DNA of 64,000 nucleotides, taken from positions 20,843-84,842 of the IMG/VR virus record IMGVR_UViG_2597490183_000004. One strand, written 5' to 3'. Source of the stretch: a virus. Its lineage: Duplodnaviria; Caudoviricetes. Numbering within the stretch: position 1 is the stretch's first letter; the number at the start of each line of letters is the position of its first letter. The position numbers were made by a program, and so were the translations under genes. The notes under the pieces were generated by a model that saw only the letters and a program-made list of their open reading frames with translations, had not been told where the DNA came from and did no database searches. Of the stretch, positions 1-8,401 are shown one piece after another.

Positions 1-9
1 GGCGTCGAG

Positions 10-213
10 GTGTCCTGCGACGGACCCATCGAAGGCGACTGCCCCGACAGCGCCGCGATCCTGGCCGGGTACGGGTCCCGCACCGCCCGGCAGGTCCGCG
101 CCGACGGCCGCCGCGACGGGTGGACCACCCGCCGCGCACCCGGACGGCTCCTCGACCTCTGCCCCACCTGCCGCCACACCCGCACCCGAGCGCCCGAGGA
201 GCCCACACGATGA
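10..213 (+). CDS. small CxxC-containing phage hypothetical protein (may be 5'-truncated)
   Basis: ORF ending in DLCPTC motif; stop overlaps next ATG (ATGA coupling at 210-213). Confidence 0.55.
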   Translation: MSCDGPIEGDCPDSAAILAGYGSRTARQVRADGRRDGWTTRRAPGRLLDLCPTCRHTRTRAPEEPTR

Positions 214-473
214 CCACGCGGCCCCTGCTCTGCACCAAGTGCGGCGAACCCGTCGGGGTCACCGAGGAGGTCGTCTGCCGCATCGTCTGGGACGAGGCGG
301 TCATCGATACCGACGGCACTGTCCGCCCCGCCGAGCAGCACATGGAGTTCTGGAAGGGCGACCCGCACCGCACGCTCGCCGTCTGCGACAACCCCACCTG
401 TCGTCATCGGTGGACGCTGCGCAGGACGTTCGAGCCCGAGGCACCGACCACCCCCGCCCCTGCTGCCGGGTGA
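210..473 (+). CDS. zinc-ribbon hypothetical protein
   Basis: GAGGAG RBS, ATG 210; CTKC...CDNPTC pairs. Confidence 0.7.
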   Translation: MTTRPLLCTKCGEPVGVTEEVVCRIVWDEAVIDTDGTVRPAEQHMEFWKGDPHRTLAVCDNPTCRHRWTLRRTFEPEAPTTPAPAAG

Positions 474-499
474 TCCCGGCCCACACCACGGAGACCACC

Positions 500-754
500 A
501 TGACCCAGCTCTCTGCCGCACTGCACCGCGCCGCCGACCTCGCCGAAACCCACTGGACGCCGGACCCCACCGGCCCCGGCATCTGCTCCCTGCTCGGCCA
601 GGCCGCACACGGCGACGGGGCCCGTCCCGACGAGACCGACCTGTGGGACGCCGTCGTCACCCACCTCAACGAGGAGATGACCGTCGGCTGGGAGCAGCAG
701 CCCGGAAGGACCCGAGCCGACGTCGCGGCGATGCTCCGCGCTGCCGCCGCCTGA
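500..754 (+). CDS. hypothetical protein (DUF6197-like)
   Basis: GGAG RBS, ATG 500; LHRAADL...W.QQPGRT.ADVAAMLRAAA pattern. Confidence 0.65.
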   Translation: MTQLSAALHRAADLAETHWTPDPTGPGICSLLGQAAHGDGARPDETDLWDAVVTHLNEEMTVGWEQQPGRTRADVAAMLRAAAA

Positions 755-817
755 CGCCCCTGCTGTGTGGCCGCCCCGGGTGGGGCGGCCACCCCAACCC
801 GGAAGGACCCGACCGCC

Positions 818-1054
818 ATGACCACCTACATCGGCCGCACCGTCACCGTCACCCACCACGACCTGATCGTCCCCGCACCACCACCCTGGGGCGCGGCAGC
901 CGCCGAGATCGGCAAAGCCTGGGCCGCCGCCGAGCGGGCCTACCGCAGCGACCACGGACTCGACGCCGACACCGCCCTCGCGGACAACGCCCTGACCTTC
1001 CACGCCGAGGACGACAACATCGTTATCCGCTGGACCACCGAGGGGGCCCGGTGA
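818..1054 (+). CDS. phage hypothetical protein
   Basis: GGAAGGA RBS, ATG 818, high GC3 codon usage. Confidence 0.7.
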   Translation: MTTYIGRTVTVTHHDLIVPAPPPWGAAAAEIGKAWAAAERAYRSDHGLDADTALADNALTFHAEDDNIVIRWTTEGAR

Positions 1055-1353
1055 CCGGCCAGCCGGAGCGGATCGCGCTCGACGACCTCACCAGCGACGC
1101 CCTCGACGCCCTGTACGACCGGCTCGAAGCCCTACGCGATCGGCGCACCAAGCGCAGCCACCTCCTCCAAGAACTCAAGCGCGACAACTTCGCGCTGCGC
1201 ATGGACATCGTGGCCCTGCTCGAAGGCTTCACCGTGTCTGAAGTCCAGCCCGGAGAGATCAGCCGCGCCGCCCGCGCCGAGGCCCCCATAGATCCGAGTG
1301 GGGGCCTCCGTCAACCTCCGGCTGCTCAGCGTTTCCCGTACCGAATCTGGTAG
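1051..1353 (+). CDS. hypothetical protein (LDDLTSDALDALYDRL N-terminus), 3' end possibly replaced
   Basis: GTG overlapping previous stop; codon bias decays near 3' end, which overlaps a convergent gene. Confidence 0.55.
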   Translation: MTGQPERIALDDLTSDALDALYDRLEALRDRRTKRSHLLQELKRDNFALRMDIVALLEGFTVSEVQPGEISRAARAEAPIDPSGGLRQPPAAQRFPYRIW

Positions 1354-1763
1354 ATCCGAGCGGTCGTCAAGCCGACGTCCGCCGCAATGTCCAATACGGA
1401 GCGGCCAGCCTCGATGTCGGCGCGAATGGCCTGGTCTCTGGCGTTTCTGTTGAGATGGTCGCCAGTGGCCTGGTGCTTTTGGAGGCTGGTCGCCGTAAAC
1501 GATGATCCGTTCGGCGTGTGAGGTTCCTGACCATCAAGTTGCGCACGGAGCGCACCCAGGGCAGCCAGACGCTTCTCAACCGCCGCCAGCGCCCCCAGCG
1601 AAGCTGCGGCGCGACGTGCAGCGTCCACCATCGAAGCGTCGCCATGGTCCGCCAGGGACCCCAGGTCTTCCTCGACCAGCTCACGCAGGCCCTGTTCGGC
1701 TTTCGTGAGGAACGCCAGATGGCCGGGGCTCAAGAAGACATTCACGCAGAGGGCAACGAGCAT
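1326..1763 (-). CDS. C-terminal helix-turn-helix protein
   Basis: RDQAIRADIEAGRSVLDIAADVGLTTARIYQI HTH at C-terminus; start uncertain. Confidence 0.6.
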   Translation of the reverse strand: MLVALCVNVFLSPGHLAFLTKAEQGLRELVEEDLGSLADHGDASMVDAARRAAASLGALAAVEKRLAALGALRAQLDGQEPHTPNGSSFTATSLQKHQATGDHLNRNARDQAIRADIEAGRSVLDIAADVGLTTARIYQIRYGKR

Positions 1764-1922
1764 CGCGGGTACCGCGTAACGGCGAAACGCCAGAGCGTGT
1801 CCGGTCGACCCCGTGGCGGTGCGGAGCGTGGAGTACCGGGCGCCCGCCCGGGCCGAGGCTGAGGAGATCGAGGTCCGGACCGACTGACCGGAGCCCACTG
1901 TGCGGCCTGAATCTGCCACGCT

Positions 1923-1943
1923 TAGACTCGAACACGTGAGCGA
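1923..1943 (+). promoter_or_regulatory. TAGACT -10 element plus LexA (SOS) box overlapping a leaderless start
   Basis: TAGACT 1923-1928; TCGAACACGTGAGCGA 1928-1943 vs actinobacterial consensus TCGAAC-N4-GTTCGA. Confidence 0.6.
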
Positions 1944-2232
1944 AGAAATTCCGGATGCGGTCGAGGAACCACCCTGGAACGAAGGCGACGGGCCAGAACC
2001 CGAAATGCACATCTACCCGCGCCTCCGCCGGCCCGGCCTCTACATCCGCCACAAGGGCAAGTGGCTCCGCGCCACCGTCACCTCCCGCGACACCCACCAC
2101 GACGGCCACGTCACCTACCACGTCGACATCGCCTTCGAAGGCAAGAGCGGCTACGGCCGCGCCTACCGGTGGGGACAACCCGGGGTTCGGTACGCCTACG
2201 GGCCCGACCAAGGGCAACTACCGGACGACTGA
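1936..2232 (+). CDS. hypothetical protein, probably SOS-regulated and leaderless
   Basis: GTG 7 nt after -10; strong GC3 bias; followed by terminator. Confidence 0.7.
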   Translation: MSEEIPDAVEEPPWNEGDGPEPEMHIYPRLRRPGLYIRHKGKWLRATVTSRDTHHDGHVTYHVDIAFEGKSGYGRAYRWGQPGVRYAYGPDQGQLPDD

Positions 2233-2255
2233 ACCCAGACGCACCGCGGAACGTC

Positions 2256-2288
2256 GAGGGCCCCCAAGCGTGCCGCTTGGGGGCCCTC
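2256..2288. terminator. bidirectional terminator hairpin
   Basis: perfect 15-bp IR GAGGGCCCCCAAGCG-tgc-CGCTTGGGGGCCCTC between convergent genes. Confidence 0.8.
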
Positions 2289-2313
2289 TAGACGTGGTTC
2301 AGGGAAGGTAGAT

Positions 2314-3108
2314 CTACAGCTGGGTTGAGACTACGCGCTCACCCTTCGAGGTCAGCTCCAAACCGACGACGACTTCCTCATCGCCAGGCGAATCCTCTGC
2401 GATCGACAGCAAGTTCTTCCTGGCAAGCCCCCGAAGGGCCTCGCCGAGCTCTTCGCTCCTGGCCGGGTAGCGGGCATGAATGTGACCTTCATGGCCCGAC
2501 TCGGATGAACCGGAAAGCGCGGCAAAGCCGAGCTCCCCAGCGCCTCGAATGAGGCCTTCATTGGCATCGACACTCGCCGACAGGACGGCCAGTACGTCGC
2601 GCTCTGCCGGCGTCAGGTCCACAGGCTTCGCAGGCCTGCCACTACGCCTGTCCCATCTCTGCTCGAACGCGGCTACCTGTTCGCGAACGAATACCGGCCC
2701 GGACTTGAGGTGTGCTACGGCCGGCGGGAAGTCGGGTCGCTGAGACAGCTGCGTGGCTCGCTGCCGAACTACGCCGAGCATCTCTGCGATCTCCGAGACG
2801 CCGACGAGGTCCGGGACGGGCGGTTCGGCGAGCCTTCGATCGAGTTCCTCTTCGGTGACCAGGTCAACTCCGACGACGGTCGTCGGGAGTCCGGCCTTTT
2901 TGGCCGCGGCGGTCACTTCCTTGAGTGCGCTGTCGATGGCCTGTCGTGCGGTTCCTGCTTCGATGAAGATCCGTGCCGACAGGTTTCCGTTCGGTGCTGT
3001 GCCGATGGCGGGGCTGTGGTCGATCAGGTGCTCGACCAGCTCCTCGACGAGGTCGTCGCTGACGTCGTTTACGCCCAACTCGACTTCGATACTCCACGCC
3101 TGAGGCAT
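2314..3108 (-). CDS. HicB-like antitoxin with central HTH and an extra C-terminal winged-helix-like region
   Basis: downstream of hicA; LVGVSEIAEMLGVVRQRATQL..RPDFPPAVAHLKSGPVF HTH; C-terminal LRGLARKNLL...LELTSKGE. Confidence 0.7.
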   Translation of the reverse strand: MPQAWSIEVELGVNDVSDDLVEELVEHLIDHSPAIGTAPNGNLSARIFIEAGTARQAIDSALKEVTAAAKKAGLPTTVVGVDLVTEEELDRRLAEPPVPDLVGVSEIAEMLGVVRQRATQLSQRPDFPPAVAHLKSGPVFVREQVAAFEQRWDRRSGRPAKPVDLTPAERDVLAVLSASVDANEGLIRGAGELGFAALSGSSESGHEGHIHARYPARSEELGEALRGLARKNLLSIAEDSPGDEEVVVGLELTSKGERVVSTQL

Positions 3109-3192
3109 TATGTGAACACTCCTTCCAGGTCTTGGCTGGGGGTGTCGGGGGTCCGCCGGGCTGCATCCCGGCGGACCCTGCTGCTGTTCGGG

Positions 3193-3384
3193 CTAGTCGA
3201 TGTATCCGGCCCGCTTGAGCTGGGCCTTCACGTTCTTGAGGCTGCGATGGTCGGAGGCGGTTCCGGGGATCGTCGTGACCCCTACACCGTTCTTCTTCAC
3301 CATCCAGTGCCCCTTCTTTGTGCGGGTGACCTCGAAGCCCTGGGCTTCCACCTTCTTGATGAGGTCTCGCACTTCCTTACTCAA
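3193..3384 (-). CDS. hicA: HicA-family mRNA interferase toxin
   Basis: KEVRDLIKKVEAQGFEVTRTKKGHWMVK...TIPGTASDHRSLKN; RBS AAGGGGAG before TTG. Confidence 0.8.
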   Translation of the reverse strand: MSKEVRDLIKKVEAQGFEVTRTKKGHWMVKKNGVGVTTIPGTASDHRSLKNVKAQLKRAGYID

Positions 3385-3399
3385 TACTACTCCCCTTCC

Positions 3400-3447
3400 C
3401 TTACCACTGTCCACCTTTATTGTAGCACAACCCTAGACGGTGGTAAG
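3400..3447 (-). promoter_or_regulatory. hicAB promoter with operator inverted repeat
   Basis: CTTACCACTGTC (3400-3411) / GACGGTGGTAAG (3436-3447), 11/12 match, flanking minus-strand TACAAT (3424-3419). Confidence 0.65.
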
Positions 3448-3510
3448 AGTTGCAGGTCACAGGCCTTTCGGGTGGCGACCGCCTGGAGGGTTGGCGCCGA
3501 CGGCACAACA

Positions 3511-3540
3511 AAGCCCCCGCCGGCGAACCAAGCGGGGGCT
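3511..3540 (-). terminator. terminator hairpin
   Basis: AGCCCCCGC...GCGGGGGCT followed by T-run on the minus strand. Confidence 0.65.
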
Positions 3541-3562
3541 CTGCTGTGCCACAGGAGCGCCG

Positions 3563-3808
3563 TCAGTGCGTCACCGAGTGCAGGGTGTCCTCGTCATGCT
3601 CGTAGTGCGCCAACGCCAGGCCGAGCCCGAAGAACGTCGGCGCCCACTCGCCAATGAAAATCCCCCACCGGTCAGCACGCGCCACCCCCGACGGTTCAAC
3701 CTTCATCGACCCGCACCACGACGCGATCGACAACCCGATACTGACGAACGCCGCCGTGTATGCGTGCTCAGACTTGAGGCCCTTGTCGTGCAACATCTTG
3801 ACGATCAT
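3563..3808 (-). CDS. conserved small membrane protein
   Basis: two hydrophobic segments; ADRWGIFIGEWAPTFFGLGLAL motif. Confidence 0.75.
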   Translation of the reverse strand: MIVKMLHDKGLKSEHAYTAAFVSIGLSIASWCGSMKVEPSGVARADRWGIFIGEWAPTFFGLGLALAHYEHDEDTLHSVTH

Positions 3809-3954
3809 GACGCTCCAAGCAGTAGAGGAACGAAGCCTCCACCCAGGCTCACCCCAGACCGCGAACCCCGCATCTCGGGCCGCGGACACCCCACCGCGCC
3901 CGGTTCACCGGAACCGGTGGACGCCCCGGCGCGAGCCCGGCATCCTCTTGATCC

Positions 3955-4848
3955 ATGCCGCCCAGTGATCTACCCGACGATGTCGATCAGCCGCCTAGAT
4001 TCCCCCTCGCTCTGAAAATCCTTGTCGTAGTAATCGCCACAGCGTCGGTAGCGGCTGCCGCCCTGGCCTTCTGGCGCTTCTGGCCAGACATAACCGACCT
4101 GGCTGCCCCAGGCTTGGCGGCTCTCTTGGCCCTTGCAACAGTCATGCGGACAAGACGGGCCACCGCCCATCAGGCTGCTGCTGTAGGCGCGAGCCGTCAG
4201 CGCCTCACACGCGCCGAGGGCGCACTCGCAGACGCCATCCGCCGCGAGTACGCCTCCGTAGACGTCGTTGGCGGCGGCACACTCGCGCACAGCAGAGAAC
4301 GGCCAGCCTGGCGAGCCCCGGAAGAAGAACGAGGCCGCGCCCAGCCCACCACCAGTGAAGCCGGGCGACGCGGCGTCCTTGGTCTCCCTGAGCTCTGGGA
4401 AGCCACCCACGCCCGCCTCGACCTGTACCACCAGATCGCCACCGGCCAGGCGAAGACGTCCTTCCGGAACGCTCAGATCGCCATGGGCGCCGGCTTCCTC
4501 CTCCTGGTCCTCTTCGCCGGGATCGCCCTCTGGGCCAGCACCACCGCCGTTGCGATCGTCGCCGGCGGCCTCGGCGCCGTGTCCGCAGCTCTCGCTGGAT
4601 ACGTCGCCAAGACGTTCATCCGATCCCAGGAAGCCGCCGCCACACACCTCCGGTCCTACTTCGACCAACCCCTCGAACTCTCCCGCTACCTCGCCGCGGA
4701 ACGGCTGGTTGCCGACGGAGACCTCACCCAGGAGCAGCGCGGCGAGATCCTGTCCGCGCTCGTGCAGGCCATGGTCGCCGGGCCGCAACCGCCCGCACCG
4801 CCGCAAGCTGTCGCCGTGGTGCCCGTACCGGGACAGCCAGGGGCGTAG
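3955..4848 (+). CDS. TRADD-N-associated membrane-domain protein
   Basis: N-terminal 2 TM; LYHQIATGQAKTSFRNAQIAMGAG...TFIRSQEAAATHLRSYF 2TM domain. Confidence 0.65.
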   Translation: MPPSDLPDDVDQPPRFPLALKILVVVIATASVAAAALAFWRFWPDITDLAAPGLAALLALATVMRTRRATAHQAAAVGASRQRLTRAEGALADAIRREYASVDVVGGGTLAHSRERPAWRAPEEERGRAQPTTSEAGRRGVLGLPELWEATHARLDLYHQIATGQAKTSFRNAQIAMGAGFLLLVLFAGIALWASTTAVAIVAGGLGAVSAALAGYVAKTFIRSQEAAATHLRSYFDQPLELSRYLAAERLVADGDLTQEQRGEILSALVQAMVAGPQPPAPPQAVAVVPVPGQPGA

Positions 4849-4861
4849 AGCGCGGGTGTCG

Positions 4862-5629
4862 CTAGTAGTCCAGGTTCATTGTTGGGATGGTCTGCGACTC
4901 TTCATAGTCGAGAAGGGGACGCCCCAACAGTGATCTCCCGCCGTTGCGCCGGACGGCGAACGGGACGCACTGCAGGGACTTGTAGACCTTGGCTACCTGA
5001 ATGTGGCCCCCGATAGACGGGTGCCTCTCGGAGTCCACCATGTAGGCCAGGGCCCTCATGGGCTCCATGTCGAACGCACCCGGGCGAATCCCGCCCTGCC
5101 TCTGCAAGTACTCCACGACGACTGCGCGCGCTTCTCCGACATCATCACCGATGATCGACAGTACCTTCTCGCCGTTTCCGTCGCCGCCCCAACCGCGCGC
5201 AGGGGCGAAGGTGAACCTGCCGATGCTTGCATCGAAGTGCAGCTTCCAAATCTTGAACTCAGCGCTGGTCCAGTCGTATCCCGCCAGCAGGAAGAAGGCG
5301 GCTGGGGCCTCTTTCAAGTTGGCCGGAACATCCTTGAGCTGGTCGAGCATCAAGTTGATCACGCGGATCAGGTGGCCCTTGAGCTTCGCCAGTGGTTGCC
5401 TTCGGGTGAGCGCACCGTGATAGAAGCTGATGGAATTGGCCACCTGAATCATCATCGGGTAGGCGTAATCCGTCTCGCCTGCGAACGCGATCGCAGCGTC
5501 ACCCCGCGGCAGCGGAAGGATCTTCGGCGCAGCATCCCAGGCGCCCAACGACCTCAGCCGGCTGTCGCTCGCGATGACCATCTCCTCGACCCCGCCGACC
5601 TTCCTCACCCAAGCCATCGTGAGCGTCAC
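4862..5629 (-). CDS. Ntn-hydrolase, proteasome-beta/HslV/Anbu-like protease
   Basis: GGAAGGG RBS, GTG then Thr (M-T-L-T...ASDSR), PKI, AFAG, FLLAGYD, IGG.IQV motifs. Confidence 0.65.
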   Translation of the reverse strand: MTLTMAWVRKVGGVEEMVIASDSRLRSLGAWDAAPKILPLPRGDAAIAFAGETDYAYPMMIQVANSISFYHGALTRRQPLAKLKGHLIRVINLMLDQLKDVPANLKEAPAAFFLLAGYDWTSAEFKIWKLHFDASIGRFTFAPARGWGGDGNGEKVLSIIGDDVGEARAVVVEYLQRQGGIRPGAFDMEPMRALAYMVDSERHPSIGGHIQVAKVYKSLQCVPFAVRRNGGRSLLGRPLLDYEESQTIPTMNLDY

Positions 5630-5786
5630 GCAGCATCCCTTCCGAACATCAAGTGCCAACCAGGCAAACCTAGCCAGCCCAGCGGCAGTTGGGCAGCCCG
5701 ATCGCTGAAGACCCCACGACGCCCGCCCGCCGATCTGGAAACGGCCGGGCAGCACTAGCTGCCCGGCCGAGAGGGAACCGCAGAGA

Positions 5787-6266
5787 TCAGGCGCCCGCCG
5801 AGGACCGAACCCCCGCAAGGGCCTCCTCGATCACACCCAGGAACTCGCCCGCCGCATCCTGCCGCCACGCCGTCGCATACAGGAACGCCTCCGCCAACTC
5901 AGCAAACCCGTTCTTCTCACCCGCGGCCCGCTCCAACGCCCGCGCCACCGCATACACCCGACGCGACACCCGATGCCGCTCCACCACCAGCTCCGCGAAC
6001 GCCAACACCTCCGCCAAGCTGTGATCCGGCGACGCCTCCAACACCAGGCCGCCACGCTTGCCCCGGAAGAACGACAACGTCGACTCCGAGTTCGAGGAAC
6101 TGTTCAGGCGCAGGCTGATGTCGTGCTCCGCAGCGAACGCCCACAGCGTCGCGCCGGCGTCGGAGGGGGAGGTCGGGGCCGGCGGCGGAGGGGGAACCGG
6201 GGCCGACAGGACCGGGGCGGAGGCGGGCGAAGGCACCGACGTGGACGTGGGCGCTACCATGCTCAT
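5787..6266 (-). CDS. hypothetical protein
   Basis: AAAGGAG RBS before ATG 6266; Pro-rich N-terminus. Confidence 0.65.
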   Translation of the reverse strand: MSMVAPTSTSVPSPASAPVLSAPVPPPPPAPTSPSDAGATLWAFAAEHDISLRLNSSSNSESTLSFFRGKRGGLVLEASPDHSLAEVLAFAELVVERHRVSRRVYAVARALERAAGEKNGFAELAEAFLYATAWRQDAAGEFLGVIEEALAGVRSSAGA

Positions 6267-6579
6267 GAGTGCTCCTTTGCTAGGGACAGGACTCGCGACC
6301 AGACGGGTGGTGCCGCTGGTCACAGGCCGGGCGGATGATGACCGCCCGGCCTTTCAACGTCCCGGGGTGGTGAACCCCAGGGCCATGCAGCGCCAGCTGG
6401 TGAGGCCGACGACGTGGAACGAACCTAGATCAGGCCACAAGATCCGTAAGACGGTGGAGATCCTGACCGGCCATCTCAACCTGCAACTTTGACAAGTAAA
6501 ACTTGACCGAACGCGCAGGTCAGGAGGGTTAATTATCCCCCTCGCCGAACCCCTGACCTCCAGCTTTCGAGACCCTCCG

Positions 6580-6608
6580 TTGCCTAATTGGATTTCGGTA
6601 TGTAGCTT
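6580..6608 (+). promoter_or_regulatory. sigma70/HrdB-type promoter
   Basis: TTGCCT-17 nt-TAGCTT with no credible ORF downstream. Confidence 0.6.
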
Positions 6609-6614
6609 CCCGAC

Positions 6615-6920
6615 CCCGCCAAAGCCGACTGGAAAACGACGTCGGCACGCGGCGACAGCCAGGCACCACCCCAACGCCGGACCCCGAAGTTCGGTACGAG
6701 GAAGAGGCTAGACCCGGCCACGGCGAAAGCCGCCCGAGTGGTGCACAAAGCGGCCACCCCCAGAAGGCGAAACAGCCCACGTTAGCGTAAGCCGATGGAC
6801 ACTTTCCGCAGGTCAGAGACCAGGCGAATGATCCTGCACCCAACCGGGAAACATGAGCCGAAGCGGACAAGAGCCGCGAAACGAGGGACGGGATAACGTG
6901 GCTGGAACTAGGGCCTGTCA
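6615..6920 (+). ncRNA. candidate structured non-coding RNA (partial raiA-motif-like resemblance)
   Basis: own promoter; multiple stems with purine-rich/GNRA loops; long-range pairings 6706-6721/6898-6911 and 6777-6784/6894-6901. Confidence 0.5.
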
Positions 6921-6955
6921 GAGGTGTAGGGGTTCACCAACACGCCTCGCCCGGC

Positions 6956-7447
6956 CTACTGGGGGAATGGGGGGTAGATCGAGAGGGGGGCCGGCGTCGC
7001 CGGCGTCGGCGGGGGCTTCGGCAGCAGTTGCTTCGCTCGGCGGTTGTCTTCGCACTGGAGTTGGCGGCGGCGATCGCCGTTGTGGTTCCGGTTGTAGATC
7101 GGCTGCTCTTCTGTGATTTCGATCTTCTCGATGCGCTCGGCGCTCTTCCGGGTTTCGAACCACTCGATCGACTTGTGGGTGACCTCGGGCCACCAGTACT
7201 TGTCGCGGGAGTGGGCGTGCCAGCGCTTCTTGGGGTTTGTGGTGATCCCGACGTACAGCAGGCGGTCGTCAGTGCCGTAGAGGCGGTAGAGCGCGGTGCG
7301 CCCAGATCCTCCGGGAGTCTTCTTTCGATCCGGGAGGGCCCGAGGAGGCGGTTGCTCGGTGCAGCGAGGAGTGCTCAAGACGCACTTTCCTTTCGGCGCG
7401 CATGGTGACCGGCGCGAGTCACACGGTTGCTCCGTGTTGTCGCGCAC
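6956..7447 (-). CDS. GIY-YIG nuclease family protein
   Basis: TALYRLY....LLYVGIT....RW..H...E..EI..EQPIYN; start uncertain. Confidence 0.8.
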   Translation of the reverse strand: MRDNTEQPCDSRRSPCAPKGKCVLSTPRCTEQPPPRALPDRKKTPGGSGRTALYRLYGTDDRLLYVGITTNPKKRWHAHSRDKYWWPEVTHKSIEWFETRKSAERIEKIEITEEQPIYNRNHNGDRRRQLQCEDNRRAKQLLPKPPPTPATPAPLSIYPPFPQ

Positions 7448-7461
7448 CTACCGTGACCTAT

Positions 7462-7475
7462 CTCCTTCGAAGGAG
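7462..7475. promoter_or_regulatory. GntR (KorSA-like) operator CTCCTTCGAAGGAG
   Basis: perfect 14-bp palindrome repeated at 8409 and 8445; core CTTCGAAG also at 7533. Confidence 0.75.
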
Positions 7476-7560
7476 TCAAGGGCTTCGCGGGTTTCGCCCG
7501 CTTCGCGCACCCGATCGGGAGGTGGCTAACATCTTCGAAGGGGTCGATTGAGGAGGAGTT

Positions 7561-8313
7561 TTGGCACCACGCAAGGGAGAGCCCGGAAGGTTCCTGTACA
7601 AGGAGCTCGCGGCGGAGTTTCGGGCCCAGATCCAGTCGGGTGCGCTGGCCCCTGGTGACGCGCTGCCAAGCGAGGCGGCCCTGATGGAGGAGCGCGGTCT
7701 CGCTCGATCCACTGTCCGCCAGGCATACGACCTCCTCAAGGCCGAAGGGCTGGCGACGGCCAAGCAGGGCAAGGGTGTCTTCGCGCTCAACCCCAAGAAG
7801 GTCATCCGAAACGCGCAGAAGCGGCTATCCCGGGAAGTCTGGGAGTCCGGACGGTCGATCTGGAGCGTCGACCTAGAAGGTCGTGACCCGTCCGTCGAGG
7901 TTGAAGTTGATGCGGAGATTGAAGCCCCGGAGTACATCGCCGGAGTGCTTGATGCTCGCCGCGTCTGCCGCCGGCGCCGCGTCTTCTCGCTCGATGACAG
8001 GACTCTCCAGGTTGCAACCTCTTACTTGGACGCCGGTCTTGCGGCGTCGGCAGGTATCGGGCAGGTCGACACTGGCCCCGGCGGGATGTACGCGCGCCTT
8101 GCGGACATCGGGCGCGCGCCCGCCGCCGCAAAGGAGCGCATCAGGAGTCGCGTGGCAATGCCGGACGAGGTGGACGTTCTTGAGCTGGGCGCAGGCTCGT
8201 GCGTCATCGTCATCGAGCGCACGGTCACGGATGCGGAGGGTCGAATCTTGGAGGTCAACGAGATGACGCTCGACGCTGCCCGCTACATCCTGGAGTACGA
8301 CTTCTCTCTCTAG
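7561..8313 (+). CDS. GntR/HutC-family repressor with UTRA domain (KorSA/KorA-like)
   Basis: LYKELA..FR.QI.SG.L.PGD.LPSE..L......RSTVRQA wHTH; UTRA C-terminus with GPGG. Confidence 0.9.
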   Translation: MAPRKGEPGRFLYKELAAEFRAQIQSGALAPGDALPSEAALMEERGLARSTVRQAYDLLKAEGLATAKQGKGVFALNPKKVIRNAQKRLSREVWESGRSIWSVDLEGRDPSVEVEVDAEIEAPEYIAGVLDARRVCRRRRVFSLDDRTLQVATSYLDAGLAASAGIGQVDTGPGGMYARLADIGRAPAAAKERIRSRVAMPDEVDVLELGAGSCVIVIERTVTDAEGRILEVNEMTLDAARYILEYDFSL

Positions 8314-8328
8314 CTTCACGCCCCACCG

Positions 8329-8360
8329 GGCCCCGCAGGCATCGCCTGCGGGGCCTTTCT
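8329..8360 (+). terminator. intrinsic terminator of gntR
   Basis: GGCCCCGCAGGC-atc-GCCTGCGGGGCC-TTT. Confidence 0.8.
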
Positions 8361-8401
8361 GCGTGCCCGAAAACTCTGCGAACTCTGACTGCTGGGCAAG
8401 C

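Noticed and set aside
6615-6920. tRNA, tmRNA or group I/II intron identity for the structured region
   Set aside because: No cloverleaf/T-loop, tag reading frame or interrupted host gene could be recognised; left as an unclassified ncRNA candidate
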